A program made the position numbers and the translations under genes. A model generated the notes under the pieces. It saw only the letters and a list, made by a program, of their open reading frames with translations, did not search any database and was not told the DNA's origin. From Takakia lepidozioides (lineage: Eukaryota > Plantae > Bryophyta): a stretch of 64,000 bases of DNA. The DNA lies in NCBI GenBank assembly GCA_030704615.1, contig CM060734.1, forward strand, positions 51,088,001 through 51,152,000, read 5' to 3'. Below are positions 11,636-23,400 of the stretch, one piece after another (the stretch's first letter is position 1; the number at the start of each line of letters is the position of its first letter).

Positions 11636-11832
11636 GGCTAGTGACAGTTTAGTGGTGGACTAGTGGCTGCACTAATGGTGGCTAGTGGCAGCCTAGTGGT
11701 TGGACTAGTGACTGCACTAGTGGTGGCTAGTGGCAGACTAGTGGTTGGACTAGTGGCTGCACTAGTGGTGGCTAGTGGCTGCACTAGGATGGACTAGTGG
11801 TGACTAGTGGTGGACTAGTGATAGACTAGTGT
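11636..11832. repeat. CTAGTGG-based minisatellite
   Basis: Repeated 11-12-bp units such as CTAGTGGCTGCA, CTAGTGGTGG and CTAGTGGTTGGA, with a higher-order period of ~46 bp. Confidence 0.85.
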
Positions 11833-12934
11833 TTGGTGTGCACATATGTTGTGTGGTTTTGGACAACGATGTAGTTGTGTAGCGATATGTATGCGCACGA
11901 CATCTTCTATGTATGTCAATGCGTTTCCTATGTATCCAAGTACACCCCCCATATGAAGGTCATTTTTTTTTTTTTTTTTTAAATTTTTTTTTACCAATTT
12001 ATTCCCATATCAAGGCCCCATTTATTTCTTTCCATGAATTTAATGAGTAGTAATATATCCAATCATATTGATATATCGCCCGTCCAAGTTCCATGAAAAC
12101 CTATGCTGTTGGCCCGACTGTCCAACGTTATCTAAGTCATCTAAGTCTACTCATTTTTTTTCCACAAAACCTATGACCAAATTTGAGCTGGAGACCTTTC
12201 CTAGATATCTTTGATGTCGAGGCTCCAATCATCGTCCCAGGAAAGCCCACTTTGCTATTTTCCGTGAATTTTGAGCGACAAAAAGTACTTTAAATTCCAC
12301 ATCTCCACACCGCATGTCCAAAAATTGCGAGACCAAGCCCGTGCACCCCTCCTCATCGAGGGCTTTCCAATGAGACCAAGCACCATGGCTGGGGCCTCGC
12401 GGTTTGGGACATCTCAACGTGACAAAACAAAACAAATCAAAACAAACATCTCGCTACATATTGCAGCTCATTTCACTGTGTCATTGGGAAGACTATAATA
12501 AAATTCCAAGCCCAAAATGTGTAACATACTCCAATTTCAGATTGAAAAAATGGTTTGACCAGGAAATTTTGGCACCAAAATGATTTTTCCTTGCTAGACC
12601 CCATCCACATTCCAATTATGAGGCACCTAAAGCATGTTGCCCCAAAATTTCAAAGGAGAATTCCAAAATCTTGATAAGGTTGCTTTGAATGGAAAAAGAA
12701 GGGGGTTAAAAAACACCATAAACTTTCAAATGACCTATAATTCAGCCTCAAGGGATCCAAATTTCATTGGAACCACAATTGCTCTAATGGAATTGTAACC
12801 CCCCTTGAATGATTCCTACTACGTTCAAAAAAATTTCATCATTCTAACCAAAATGGAGGCAAAGATTTCAATTTATGTAAATTTCAACTTGAATCCCCGC
12901 TCAAGCCTGCAAGTATTGCCTAAGCCAGTAGATA

Positions 12935-13687
12935 ATTCCGGGTGTGTGGGATGAATATGTCATAAAAAACGGACGGATGAAAGAGGCATGGATGAATGAA
13001 AGAAGGTGATGTACGGATGATGGATGAATGTGGGATGAACGTGAGTCCTGAAGAGTGGAGGATGCATGGACTGAAATTAAATTGATTGTACAACAAACAC
13101 GGCATTGACGACAAATTCTATACCCGAGGAAACATGGGGAAACCGTAACTACAAACACTGATCCCGCAACCCAAATTTCAAGCCCCCATGGAAAACCATA
13201 AACCGAAAACCCATGCCCGCAATGATAAACCCCAAACCCAAAACCTCGGCACATGAGAATCCAACCCAAAAACCAATTAAAATATTTAAAATTAAAACAA
13301 AACCTAAGTGAACTTCCATGTTCTACCATTGAAATAGGGTGGGCATTAAGGTGTCGTCATTCGCAGCCCTTACAAGGAACATGACAATTCACCCCAAAAA
13401 CCAAAAATAAAAATAAAAATGAAATAAAAGCCTTGACGACGAGCCATGTTCGTAGAGGGAAACAGGCACGACATTAAGGTGGTGTCAACGCCACCTTAAT
13501 TCCCAGCCCCTGTTAGAGCTTAATTCCAGCCCAGAAGACCAACCAGATTAAGGTGTTGTCATCGACACCTTAATTCCCAGCCCCTGTTGGAACATGACAA
13601 TTCACCCCAAAAAAATAAAAAAATAAAAAAATAAAAAAAAAGCCTTGGCGACCAGATTAAGTTGGCGTTGATCCTGGCACATTCGGG

Positions 13688-13729
<42 letters not shown>

Positions 13730-14432
13730 AGTTTTTTGTTTTTTTTGGTTTTTTCCTCCAAATGTTCCAGATTAAGGTGTCGTCAACGACACCTTAATTC
13801 CCAGCCCCTGTTGGAATATGACCATTCACCCCAAAAACAAAAAAAACAAAACAAAAGCCTTGGCAATCAACCATGTTCGTAGAGGGAAACAGGCTCGGCA
13901 TTAAAGTGACGTCAACGCCATCTTAATTCCCAGCCCCGGTTGGAGCTTAATTCCAGCCCAGAAGACCAGCCAGATTAAGGTATCGTCAAGGTGGAGTCAA
14001 CGCCACCTTAATCTGGCACATTCGTCTCATTTCATCTCCCCTCTGTGGTCCGCGACAAAGGTGGTTTTGTGCAGAGCAGGACTAGTATCTTTATAGACAA
14101 TTCTGCATATGTTTTGGGCTCAAAATTAGATAGCAGTGGAAGTGCCTTTTCAGAATGACTCATTTGTTTTAAGACAGACATTTATGAAGCACCGGTTTCC
14201 CTGCCTTGCATGTTTGAAGATGTGTTTTCGGGCTTCCTTTAGCGGTCCCCAATCTGAATTCGTCGTTTTCATTCATCCCCTCTCTTTCTCATCCATCTTT
14301 TTTCATTGTACATTCATCCATCGTTCATCCACTCCTTTCATCCAACTCATTTTCAAAACACACTCAAACATCAATCAACCACTCTACAATGTTGCTGCTA
14401 ACCCGTAGGCTCACTCTTAAAAAAAAATGCTC
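12935..14432. mobile_element. Putative non-autonomous relative of the MULE element; no ORF, boundaries approximate
   Basis: A GGATGAA cluster at 12949-13040 and a TTCATCC cluster at 14290-14345 lie in inverted orientation around a palindrome array. That array shares its core with the 5922-6628 array. Confidence 0.45.
13345..14012. repeat. Array of ~7 28-bp palindromes, consensus ATTAAGGTGTCGTCAACGACACCTTAAT, within duplicated ~200-bp blocks
   Basis: Full copies at 13473, 13547, 13771 and 13900; partial or rearranged copies at 13345, ~13656 and 13974. Flanking blocks (TCCCAGCCCC..GACAATTCACCCCAAAAA) are also repeated. Confidence 0.88.
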
Positions 14433-16080
14433 TTTTTCGATGCTTGAAGCCCACGGTAATAGGGCTTCCAGCAGGTACAGGTATAGGTCCGCGGTAATAT
14501 GGCGAAAACTGTGAGCAGCATCCTGCTCACAGTTTTTTCTGCTCACGTGAGCTGCTCACAATCTAGCCCCCCCCCCCCCCCCCCCCCCCCCCACAAAATA
14601 GCAAGCATCATCCCCAAAACCACAACCACATGCACCATGAGTGCTGCACTGACCCCCACTTCCCAAAACTGTGAAAACCACACATCAAAAGGCACACACG
14701 CCAACACCAGCAGACCAGACCCCCATGACACCCACAACATGTGAACCCTCACCAGCAGACCCCCAATAAGCATCTCCACTAGTACTACCCATCAACAAAC
14801 ACCAGTAGAGCCCCACGGCCTCCATTGCCCATCAACCAACGGCACTAGACCCCCATGACCCCCACAACTCGTCAACCAGCGCGCATGGACACTGCACACA
14901 AACCCCCAACCCTTCAAGCATCCACACCCACCATATACTAAAGAGAAACACACACCCCCGCCCCATGCATACACGCCATCCACAGCCAACGCCAGCATAC
15001 CTACAAGCAGTCCCACACCCCGGTGAACCCCCACCCACACAACCAATGCATACACAAGGGAGAAGACACCATTGAAAAGAACAGTTCAATCACCTCGATC
15101 CATGGCGGTGTGCCTGATTCCAACACGGCCCAAGGCACAAGTGGTTGCCATCACAGCCAGGGCAGTAAAGGTGAGTACAAACATGATATACAACACACAA
15201 TCGTCGCCGTGTCGTACGAAGGCAACTGATGCATAAACATGCATGAGGCATCCCCAATGGTGTCCATGTTGTCAATGCAGCAGTCCGCTGTCAAACCATA
15301 TGCCAAAGCCAAATTGAATTACAGATGGCTCATGGCCTGACACCCCATCCTTCACACATAGGCAGAATGCAATACGCATTCACCAACGTCATATCGGGCA
15401 TTTGCACGAATGGGTGGACCAAAAACAGCAAATGTTGAGTCCATGGAAGTCCATGGAAAAAAATATTTTTTGAGCCAACTTTGTTAGTTTATTTTTCTAA
15501 AATAGATAGTAGTATTCAAAACATTTTTAGCCCCCCAAATATCGAAGACATTACTTACTAGATATTTTAATCTGTCGTCAAAATTTAGAGCTTACAACCG
15601 CAAGGCCTTGTAGATTATAGGTTTGTATGCCTTTTGACCTAAAAGAATGACACCCCAAAATCCCAAAACATAATATGCTATGGACAATTTGTTGTTAAGG
15701 TGTAAAATAGTCCGTAGCTCTCAATTCCTAGTAACAACCTTGTTAAGTTGCCTTCAGTGGCTCAAGTTGTCCATCAAAACTTGATGAATGTCTGGCTCTC
15801 TAAGATAGGTTCTTGCTCCATACGGGGTTGCAAGTAGAAGTCACCTTCATTGACCACCACAAGCTGCTTCAAAGAGCTCTCTGGTGACAGAATAGTCAGT
15901 ACAAACCCTAATTTATACCAACTCGCTAAATCACTTTAACCCTCTCATCTCAACTCTTTCGTCTTATCCAAAGACATTCTCTTCAGGTGGGGTCCAATGT
16001 CGCTTGCTGACTGCAACTCTTTGACTATACAATAGAAAATGAAATTCACATACATCGTGGTGAGGCAATGACCCTATCCC

Positions 16081-17768
16081 TCAAAAATCTCGCTCAACCT
16101 GTATTGTCACATGGGTGAGATTGTACTTCTTTTCACAGAAATCTGTCATCTGTTGTAGGAGACTGTCAGCATCAGCCTCCCGCTTGATTCGGATATGGCA
16201 TGCAAGCAAGGTTTTACCCATGGTTAGGTTCCAAATGTGAAGATCATGCACTGCCACTACACCAGATATCTCCAACAACCCGCTTTCGACAGCACGAGCA
16301 TCAATCTCCCGTGGCGTGCTCTCCATCAAAACTTCAAGAACAAATCGCAGCATCTTGATTGTTGTCGCCAAGACAAGGGCAGAGAAAAGAAGCGTGCAAA
16401 GTAAGTCTATCACTTTCCACTCTGGTTTGTACCAGATCACAGCCCCACCAACCATAACTCCTATGCTCTGTATAAGGTCTCCTAGGACATGTAGGTAGGC
16501 CCCTTGCACATTGATGTTGCCTTTGCCCCTGCTGGAGCTTGAAAGTTCCCGGTCAATTGTTACACTGCGTGTCTTATGAAAATGGTCTGTGGCGTGATGG
16601 CCTTCCTCACCATGGCCTATTGCGTCCTGGCCTTCATCACCACGACTGTGTGTACAGTTACCATGGTCTGAAATATCATGGTCTCTATCTCCATGGCCAT
16701 CATGATTGTGCTCTCCTGAAACAGAGTATATGCCACAGTTTGCACCTTAATATCTATGATCTGTGTTCTTAATCCTTGGATCCGAGAAGGTTAGGCATTC
16801 AGTCAGTAACATCTTTGTGAAGCTCAAACAATGACATGACAATCAATAACACTTATGCTTCTGTGAATGTCGGCAACTACATGGAAATGTCTTGACCTTC
16901 TCACTGATTTTGATATATGCGTGCAATGGGATCCATCACTCACAGATTTAACCGGGAGTTGACTGAATGCCCAACTTTTGACAGCTTGTCACTTGTAAAT
17001 ATCAACCATCTGCATTGACTAAACTGCATGCAGCTAGGGATGCAAAAATAACAGACACTGGTAGTTAAGGTTTCACGTACCAGAAGAATGCTCGTCTTCG
17101 TGTTCATGTCTATGACCATCGAGTCCATGCTCCTCGCCATGACTGTGACTGTGGTTGGGTCCATGACTATGGTCATGTGAATGACCATGCCCCTCGTCGC
17201 CCAGCAAGAACAGCATGCCAAGGTTTACAAGGAAACCGAGAGTTGCAATGAAGAACATGAGTCGACCATCAACTGGTTCACTTGTGCTAAACAGTCGTTT
17301 GATTGCTTCGTACACTAAGATTCCAGTCACCAACCAAATGAGTTGTATGGACACAAGCGCCCCTAGGATCTCCAGCCTATGAAACCCAAAGGTCTGTCGG
17401 GGGGTATGCTCCCACCCTCCAGCCCAAATTGCGAAGAGCGAGATAGCGAAACTCGTAACATCTGATAGTAAGTGCGCGGCATCTGTTTGGATCGCCAGGC
17501 TGTTGGCTAGTATCCCACCAGTAACCTCAATTGCCACAAACACTAAGCAAAATATGATTGCCCTGGTAAGCTTCCGTGAAGAGAGATTTTTCTCTTTCGC
17601 ATCTGCTGCACGGGCACAAGGATTCTGCAGTCCACACCTTGTGGTCGCACACATCATCCTTGCATTCTCTGACGATTCTTCCACAACGCCCAAGTCACCA
17701 TACTCTCGAAATCCCGATTCCTCGTCTCTTTCGTCCCCCAAGAGTGGCTCTATGTTTTGGCTACCCAT
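16081..17768 (-). CDS. MTP1: Cation diffusion facilitator, MTP1-like vacuolar Zn transporter; exons 17768-17081 and 16715-16081 (440 aa)
   Basis: [29 protein letters not shown], a His-rich loop, [20 protein letters not shown] and HVTIQVER. A phase-compatible GT-AG intron at 17080-16716 gives 1323 nt. Confidence 0.93.
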
Positions 17769-18566
17769 GACGTCACACGATTCGGCCGCCTCAACTTCGC
17801 TCTTGCAACGTGATCCCCTGCGTCACAACTTCTCCAATTCTTCACAAAATTCCACAGAAGCCTCGGATACCCTTAAGCTCCTTTCAACATCCTGTTTGCC
17901 GGACTACGAACGAAATCACATCAGAAGCCGAGACTCCAACCACCCAAGCTCCGAAAATCTACTCCTCCCAATACAGAGGCCAGCAAAGTAAGCACTAAGC
18001 ACCAACACAGCGGTCGAATCAAGCAAGCTCACAAGCATGCAAATGAACAGACCTGCGATACCTGCCAAGTAAGAAATCAAGCAATCAATTGAGCGCACCT
18101 CTAACCAGCTTGTCCTCCACCTTTCAAACTCGAAACCAGTGGAATGGTACAAGTAAAATTGAAGCGCCAAACAGTGCTACAAAAGGATTCCCTGCAAACT
18201 GGAAACTTCAGACGAAGCCTCCATCTCAGTGCAGCAAGTGGAGAAGACCCCAACAGACCCTGAAGCAAGAATTGCATGAAGCCAAGCTGGTGCCGCATCA
18301 CTCTGCTTCATCTCCTCCCGCGTGCCACTTTCAAGGAGCCTGCCACTGCACTCCCAAGCTCCACCAGCCTCTACTCGCTTAGGGCGTACGCGTACTTATA
18401 CGGATCCCCAAACTTACTTACTCGGCAATACCCGTATGAATCTGTAGCAATACTTACTCTCTCGGGGCCTTCAGGATCAAATACATCATAACTTACACTT
18501 GCTTCCGTAGGAGTCCACTGTTATCCATACACTAATAGTTTTTTTTTCAATTTGTTAAAGCACATT

Positions 18567-18780
18567 GGCTGGTAGCTCAGCTGGTATGTGTACGGTGTGT
18601 CACCGTGGTGGTTCGGGGTTCAATCCCCTGCCCTGCCCTGTGTGAGGATTGTTCCTGGCCGTCTGCCTGGGCATTGTTTGTCCCGTGGGTCTCATGGAAG
18701 GGGGTTAATGTATCCAAATGGCCCCATTCAACAGCTGTGGACTATGGTCGCTCCATGCGGCAATAAAGCTGTGTGAAATT
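18567..18780 (+). mobile_element. tRNA-derived SINE-like sequence
   Basis: A-box-like GGTAGCTCAGCTGG (~18571) and B-box-like GGTTCAATCC (~18617), without a complete cloverleaf. The 3' end is approximate. Confidence 0.5.
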
Positions 18781-20434
18781 TGGGAAGGATTTGACCCCGT
18801 AATTCAAAAGTCCCCTTCCTCAGCCTCCATGGCATGTCATGAGAGGTTTATTGTTTTTCCTCTTGAATATATTCGGGCCTTCCTCGGGCCAGTTTTACTT
18901 AAAAAAAATAAAAAATTCAAAAACAGTAAAAACTAGCTTTTTATTTATTTATTTAGAATTTACAGAACAGGGGACAGAGGCCCTGGTTAACGGCATTTAT
19001 CTTCTATCAAGTTGTGAAATAATAGTGTAAGTTGTCTAGAAAAAAACCCTCACATCCAATGGTGAGGATTTCATAGACCTTGTATGATTGTCTTGTCATT
19101 GAGCATTTTCTTTTTTGGACATATTTTCTGGATTTTATAGGTGTTTTCCATGTCAGGGGTATATATATATATATATATATTGAAGAAATCAACTGGCCGA
19201 TTTAAAATAATGTTCAGGTAGCTTAGGGCTTTACTTGAAGCAGCACCATGAGAGCATCAAGGATGCACTTGTAATAAAGCTCATTGCTGTGGATTGCGGT
19301 TTGCTGGATTGGATATTGTGGGGCTTCCCTCCTTGTCTCCTTCCATTAAGCTTTCCATGTTTGCAAATGAGATTGTTTTACTGCTGGACAACTCTAGGCA
19401 GTCTCATATTGTCAATGCTCTTTAGTTCCCAGTTGAATTTGTTCTGCCTGGCAATCCGGCCTCAAAATTAACAAGCGTAAATTAGTAGGCTTGGTTTCCA
19501 TGGTTAGAGACTTCTCTCTGGCTGCGCATTGTGCCCCTTGGGAAGTTTGGGGGGGCTAGCAGCTGGTGCCTCACACAAACCTATTAGGTTATGAGCTTGG
19601 TCATCACCTCAAGCAAAAGCTCTCATTTTACAATCCTGTTTGTCCAGGGAGATGGATTAGTCAGGCAGGAACAATAACTGGGTAGGACAATGAACCGGCT
19701 GAGAAGAACCCTAATCTATATGCTGAGTGAAAATGTGCGCAAAATCAAAATTGCGCCTGACAAATGCTAGTGAATTGTATAAGGGAGGATGTGCGTGGGC
19801 ATTATTGAGGTTTTTTCTTTCTTCCCTTTGGCACTTGATGTCCATTGTGAAGGCAAGGTGGACAAGGGATAGGAATTTTCTACATCCCTCTTCTTGCATC
19901 TGCTGGTTGAAGAGCACATACCCCCAAATTGATTTTGGGGGAAGATGGGGAAAACCGATTGGAATGTAAGAGATTGTGGTCATTGGTGGGCGATTCGACC
20001 CAGCACTGTTATCAATCTCTGGGTCGAGGCTGTCTCGGGCATGGAGCCAGAAGTTGGGCGAAACGCTCGACTCTCTGCCATGTACTTTGAGCATGTGCAA
20101 TTACCCCCACATTCCTAAGTTTCTTACAACAAGCTTCCCGGTCAAAGCCCAGGCTAAAGCTGATAGATCATATGATGGAAAAAGGGCAACCAACACAACT
20201 CAGCCAATTTACAGGTCTCCAACTGACAATCCATGGACTAAAAAAGTAAATTTAACCCACCTCCCTTGCCCTCTTTGACAGCCAAAAGCAGAGATGTTTA
20301 GCAGCGATACCTGGCATAATGCAACTACACCTACTCAACATGGCAACAGTTGTGTGTGAGGGAATATAATTGAGTGAAAGAATGGAGAAGTCAAAATTGC
20401 ACAATGTGATAAATCTAACAGAACTCAGGGCAAA

Positions 20435-23400
20435 CTACTTACCCAAGTATCTCCGCCGCTTAGAGGACCACACTCGTTTACGCAATATACTAGAACTAAC
20501 ACCTTTGTGCTGTTGCAGTTTATATTGACGACCACCAACTCCCACTGCATGCCTTTCAAACCCATCTTTGTGCTGCTCAATAACGTGAAACTGACCACGA
20601 CTGAGTTCCATCGCCACCTTAAGAGTGAGCCAGACTTTCAGAACAGTGCTTAGCTGGGTGATGCGCTTTCTCTTCCAAGACTTGAGGTATTCAAACATGA
20701 CAGGGTCCACACGCAGTACAACCTGTGGCCACTTGTTGTGCTCCACTCTTGCCTGCCATTCTGCAAGTACGCGCCGAATGGCACGTTCAATCTTGGACAA
20801 TGTGGTCTCTAAGGCTTCAACACGACCAGAACCTTTGCAGCTGGAACATGGCTCTTGAATGGTCAGTGTCACACTTGGCCGCACCCTTTTTCGGGTCATC
20901 TCCATCAAACCAAACTCAGAGATCTCACAGATGGAGACTTTAGATCGATCACGCTGTATAGCCTTCCGCATTTCCTCATACACAAGTTTTTCATCCTTTG
21001 GATTGTCCATGTCTATAAAATCTACAACAATTATGCCGCCAATATCCCGTAGCCTTAGCTCTGTTGCAATTTGACGAGCAGCAGCTAGATTGACTTCCAG
21101 AATGGCTTCCCTCTGGCACGTGGAATGGCCCAGCATCCCAGCACCCCCATTAACATCAATAGAAACAAGAGCTTCTGTCTCCTCCATCACCAGGTAGCCC
21201 CCATTGGGAAGCTTCACTCGCTTGCTTGAGAACTTGTCCAGTTCAGCCTCTACATTGAATGCATCAAAAATGGGCACTTTGCCCGTATATAGCTCCACTC
21301 GGTCTGTCAATTGTGGGGCCACTTCTTGTAAATAGCTCAGCACCTCCTGGTAGCTTTGACGAGAATCAACAACCAATTTCTGGACTTTATCAGTGAAGAA
21401 GTCCCGCACAATTGTGAGTGTCTGACCCATCTCTCTGTGAAGAAGCACTGGGATCACCCCTTCTTCTCCACCATCAGCTGCCAGTGCTGCGGCTGCAGCC
21501 CTTTCCATAATTTCCTTCCAGCTTTCCATCAAGCGTGCCAGGTCTTTCTCTAGCTCCTCCTGTTCATGACCCATTGCCTCTGTCCTGACTGTAATCCCAA
21601 CATCCGGAGGTTGCAATGCCTTAGCAATAAGTTTCAGCCGTCGCCGCTCAGGGCCTGTTATTCGTTGTGAAACTCCCACTGTCCTCCCTCGTGGCACAAG
21701 CACCCAAAATCGTCCAGCTAGACTGGGAAAGGCAGTGAGTCGGGGGCCCTTCTTTCCCAGGGACTCCTTCTTCACTTGTACTATGATACTCATACCCTCT
21801 TCTACCTTCCGCCATTTACTGAACTTGCGCCCAAAATTCACAGTGATGGGACCCGCAGTACTAGCATCGAGCCGACGCTGTCCCTGCCCCTTCATCTTCA
21901 ATTTATCTTCTTCCTCATCCAGGTTCTGTTCCTCGAGTCTATCACTTAAATTGTCAATCTCTAGTTCACTCCTCAATCTATCAACACTAGACATTTTCAT
22001 CGAAGGATTCATAAGTTGAGAATGGCTACTGGGCTCCCAGCCATGCCACCACTGGGCACTTCGTGAGGGCCCGGCCAAAGCCAGGCCTCCAGCTTTATCT
22101 TGCTCAGCCTCCAGTCCTCTTCTATCATCCTGTCCATCCTCGTCAACTTCTTCCTCCTCTCCCTCACCCCCACTATCTGTTTCTTCCTCCTCTTCCTCCC
22201 CTAGTTCTTCATCATCACTGGACTCTCCGTCAAACATGTCCTCAATGTCTTCCCCTAACTCCTCACTTTCCACCACGTGGGCAGAAAACTGCACCGAAGA
22301 TCCATTGACCGAGCCATTGTCAACCTGGGGTATTACTTGTTGCCCAGAGGCATAGATGGCTGGAAAGGTGTAAGGGTACTGGTTCCTAGTGATGTCCAGG
22401 AGTGAAATGCGAGGCCCACCAATGTCCACAAATACCCCCGTCATCCCTGGGAGAAGTTGCTTTACACGTCCAAGGTACACGTTGCCCACTTGAACCTTTG
22501 TATTGACAGGTTCAATCAGAAACTCTACAAGCTTACTGTTTTCTAAGATAGCCATTCGCTGCATTGTACACTCAGGTGAGTTAATAAGTATTTCAACCTT
22601 TGTCGGTTCGGTGACCTGGGTGACAGGAGCTTCAGTATCAGGCAGATCAATCAAAGTGTCTGCCGCTTCTTCTCTAGGTAGCAGGGCCATCCCACTTTCC
22701 CTTTTAGCTTGGGCCTCTTGTTGCCGTGATAAAATAATGGACTCCATAAGCCAAGGCTCCTCCCTAGGAAATACTCTCCGCCGCATTTTTTTCTTTGACA
22801 AGTTCTCCAGGACTCCCTTGGACCCACTCAAACTCTGTCCCCTGTTTCTCTCAGTATCTCCCAGATCAACAGTGGAGTCTCTGTCGGCGACCAATGCTTC
22901 ATCATGTTCCCACTCAGCATCTTTCTCTTCTTCCGCCTCATGTTCTTCACTACCAACCATGCCACCCAAGGGCTGTGCTATCAGTATATGGACACTACTA
23001 AACCAGTTCATCAGTATCTTGCTCTCTTCAATTTGAAAGCCACACTCTATGACAAAGTTAGAATCACCTTGAACAACAGAGGAACTCATTTTGCAAAAAA
23101 CCTTGAGGGCTGGAGGGAAACTGGGAGTCGACCACAAGAGCTCATTTGCACTACTTGTTTGCCTTAGTCTAAATGACGTACATTTGGCTCTGAAATTGAA
23201 TACAGCAAAGGGGATGGTAAGAGAGAGAAGAACCTTATAACGTCCACAGAAAACCCAAGATCAAGAGCCTATGGGACAAGAACAACTAACAAACAGGCCA
23301 GATCGTTGCATGGAGACGGAGTGCCTTGTGAAGGTAAACTGCCAAACTGCCAAGCATTTTTGCACTTCCAAACTGTCCTAATGCCCACACATTTGGCAGA

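Noticed and set aside
11830-12900. Helitron-like repeat
   Set aside because: It looks repetitive, but no diagnostic termini or coding remnant could be identified.
14540-15300. C/A-rich ORFs and the poly-C run
   Set aside because: Low-complexity, strand-biased sequence. The homopolymers (also poly-A at ~13688-13727) may be unreliable in length.
18567-18640. Functional tRNA gene
   Set aside because: A and B boxes are present, but there is no convincing acceptor or anticodon stem; treated as SINE-like. The same applies at 41203.
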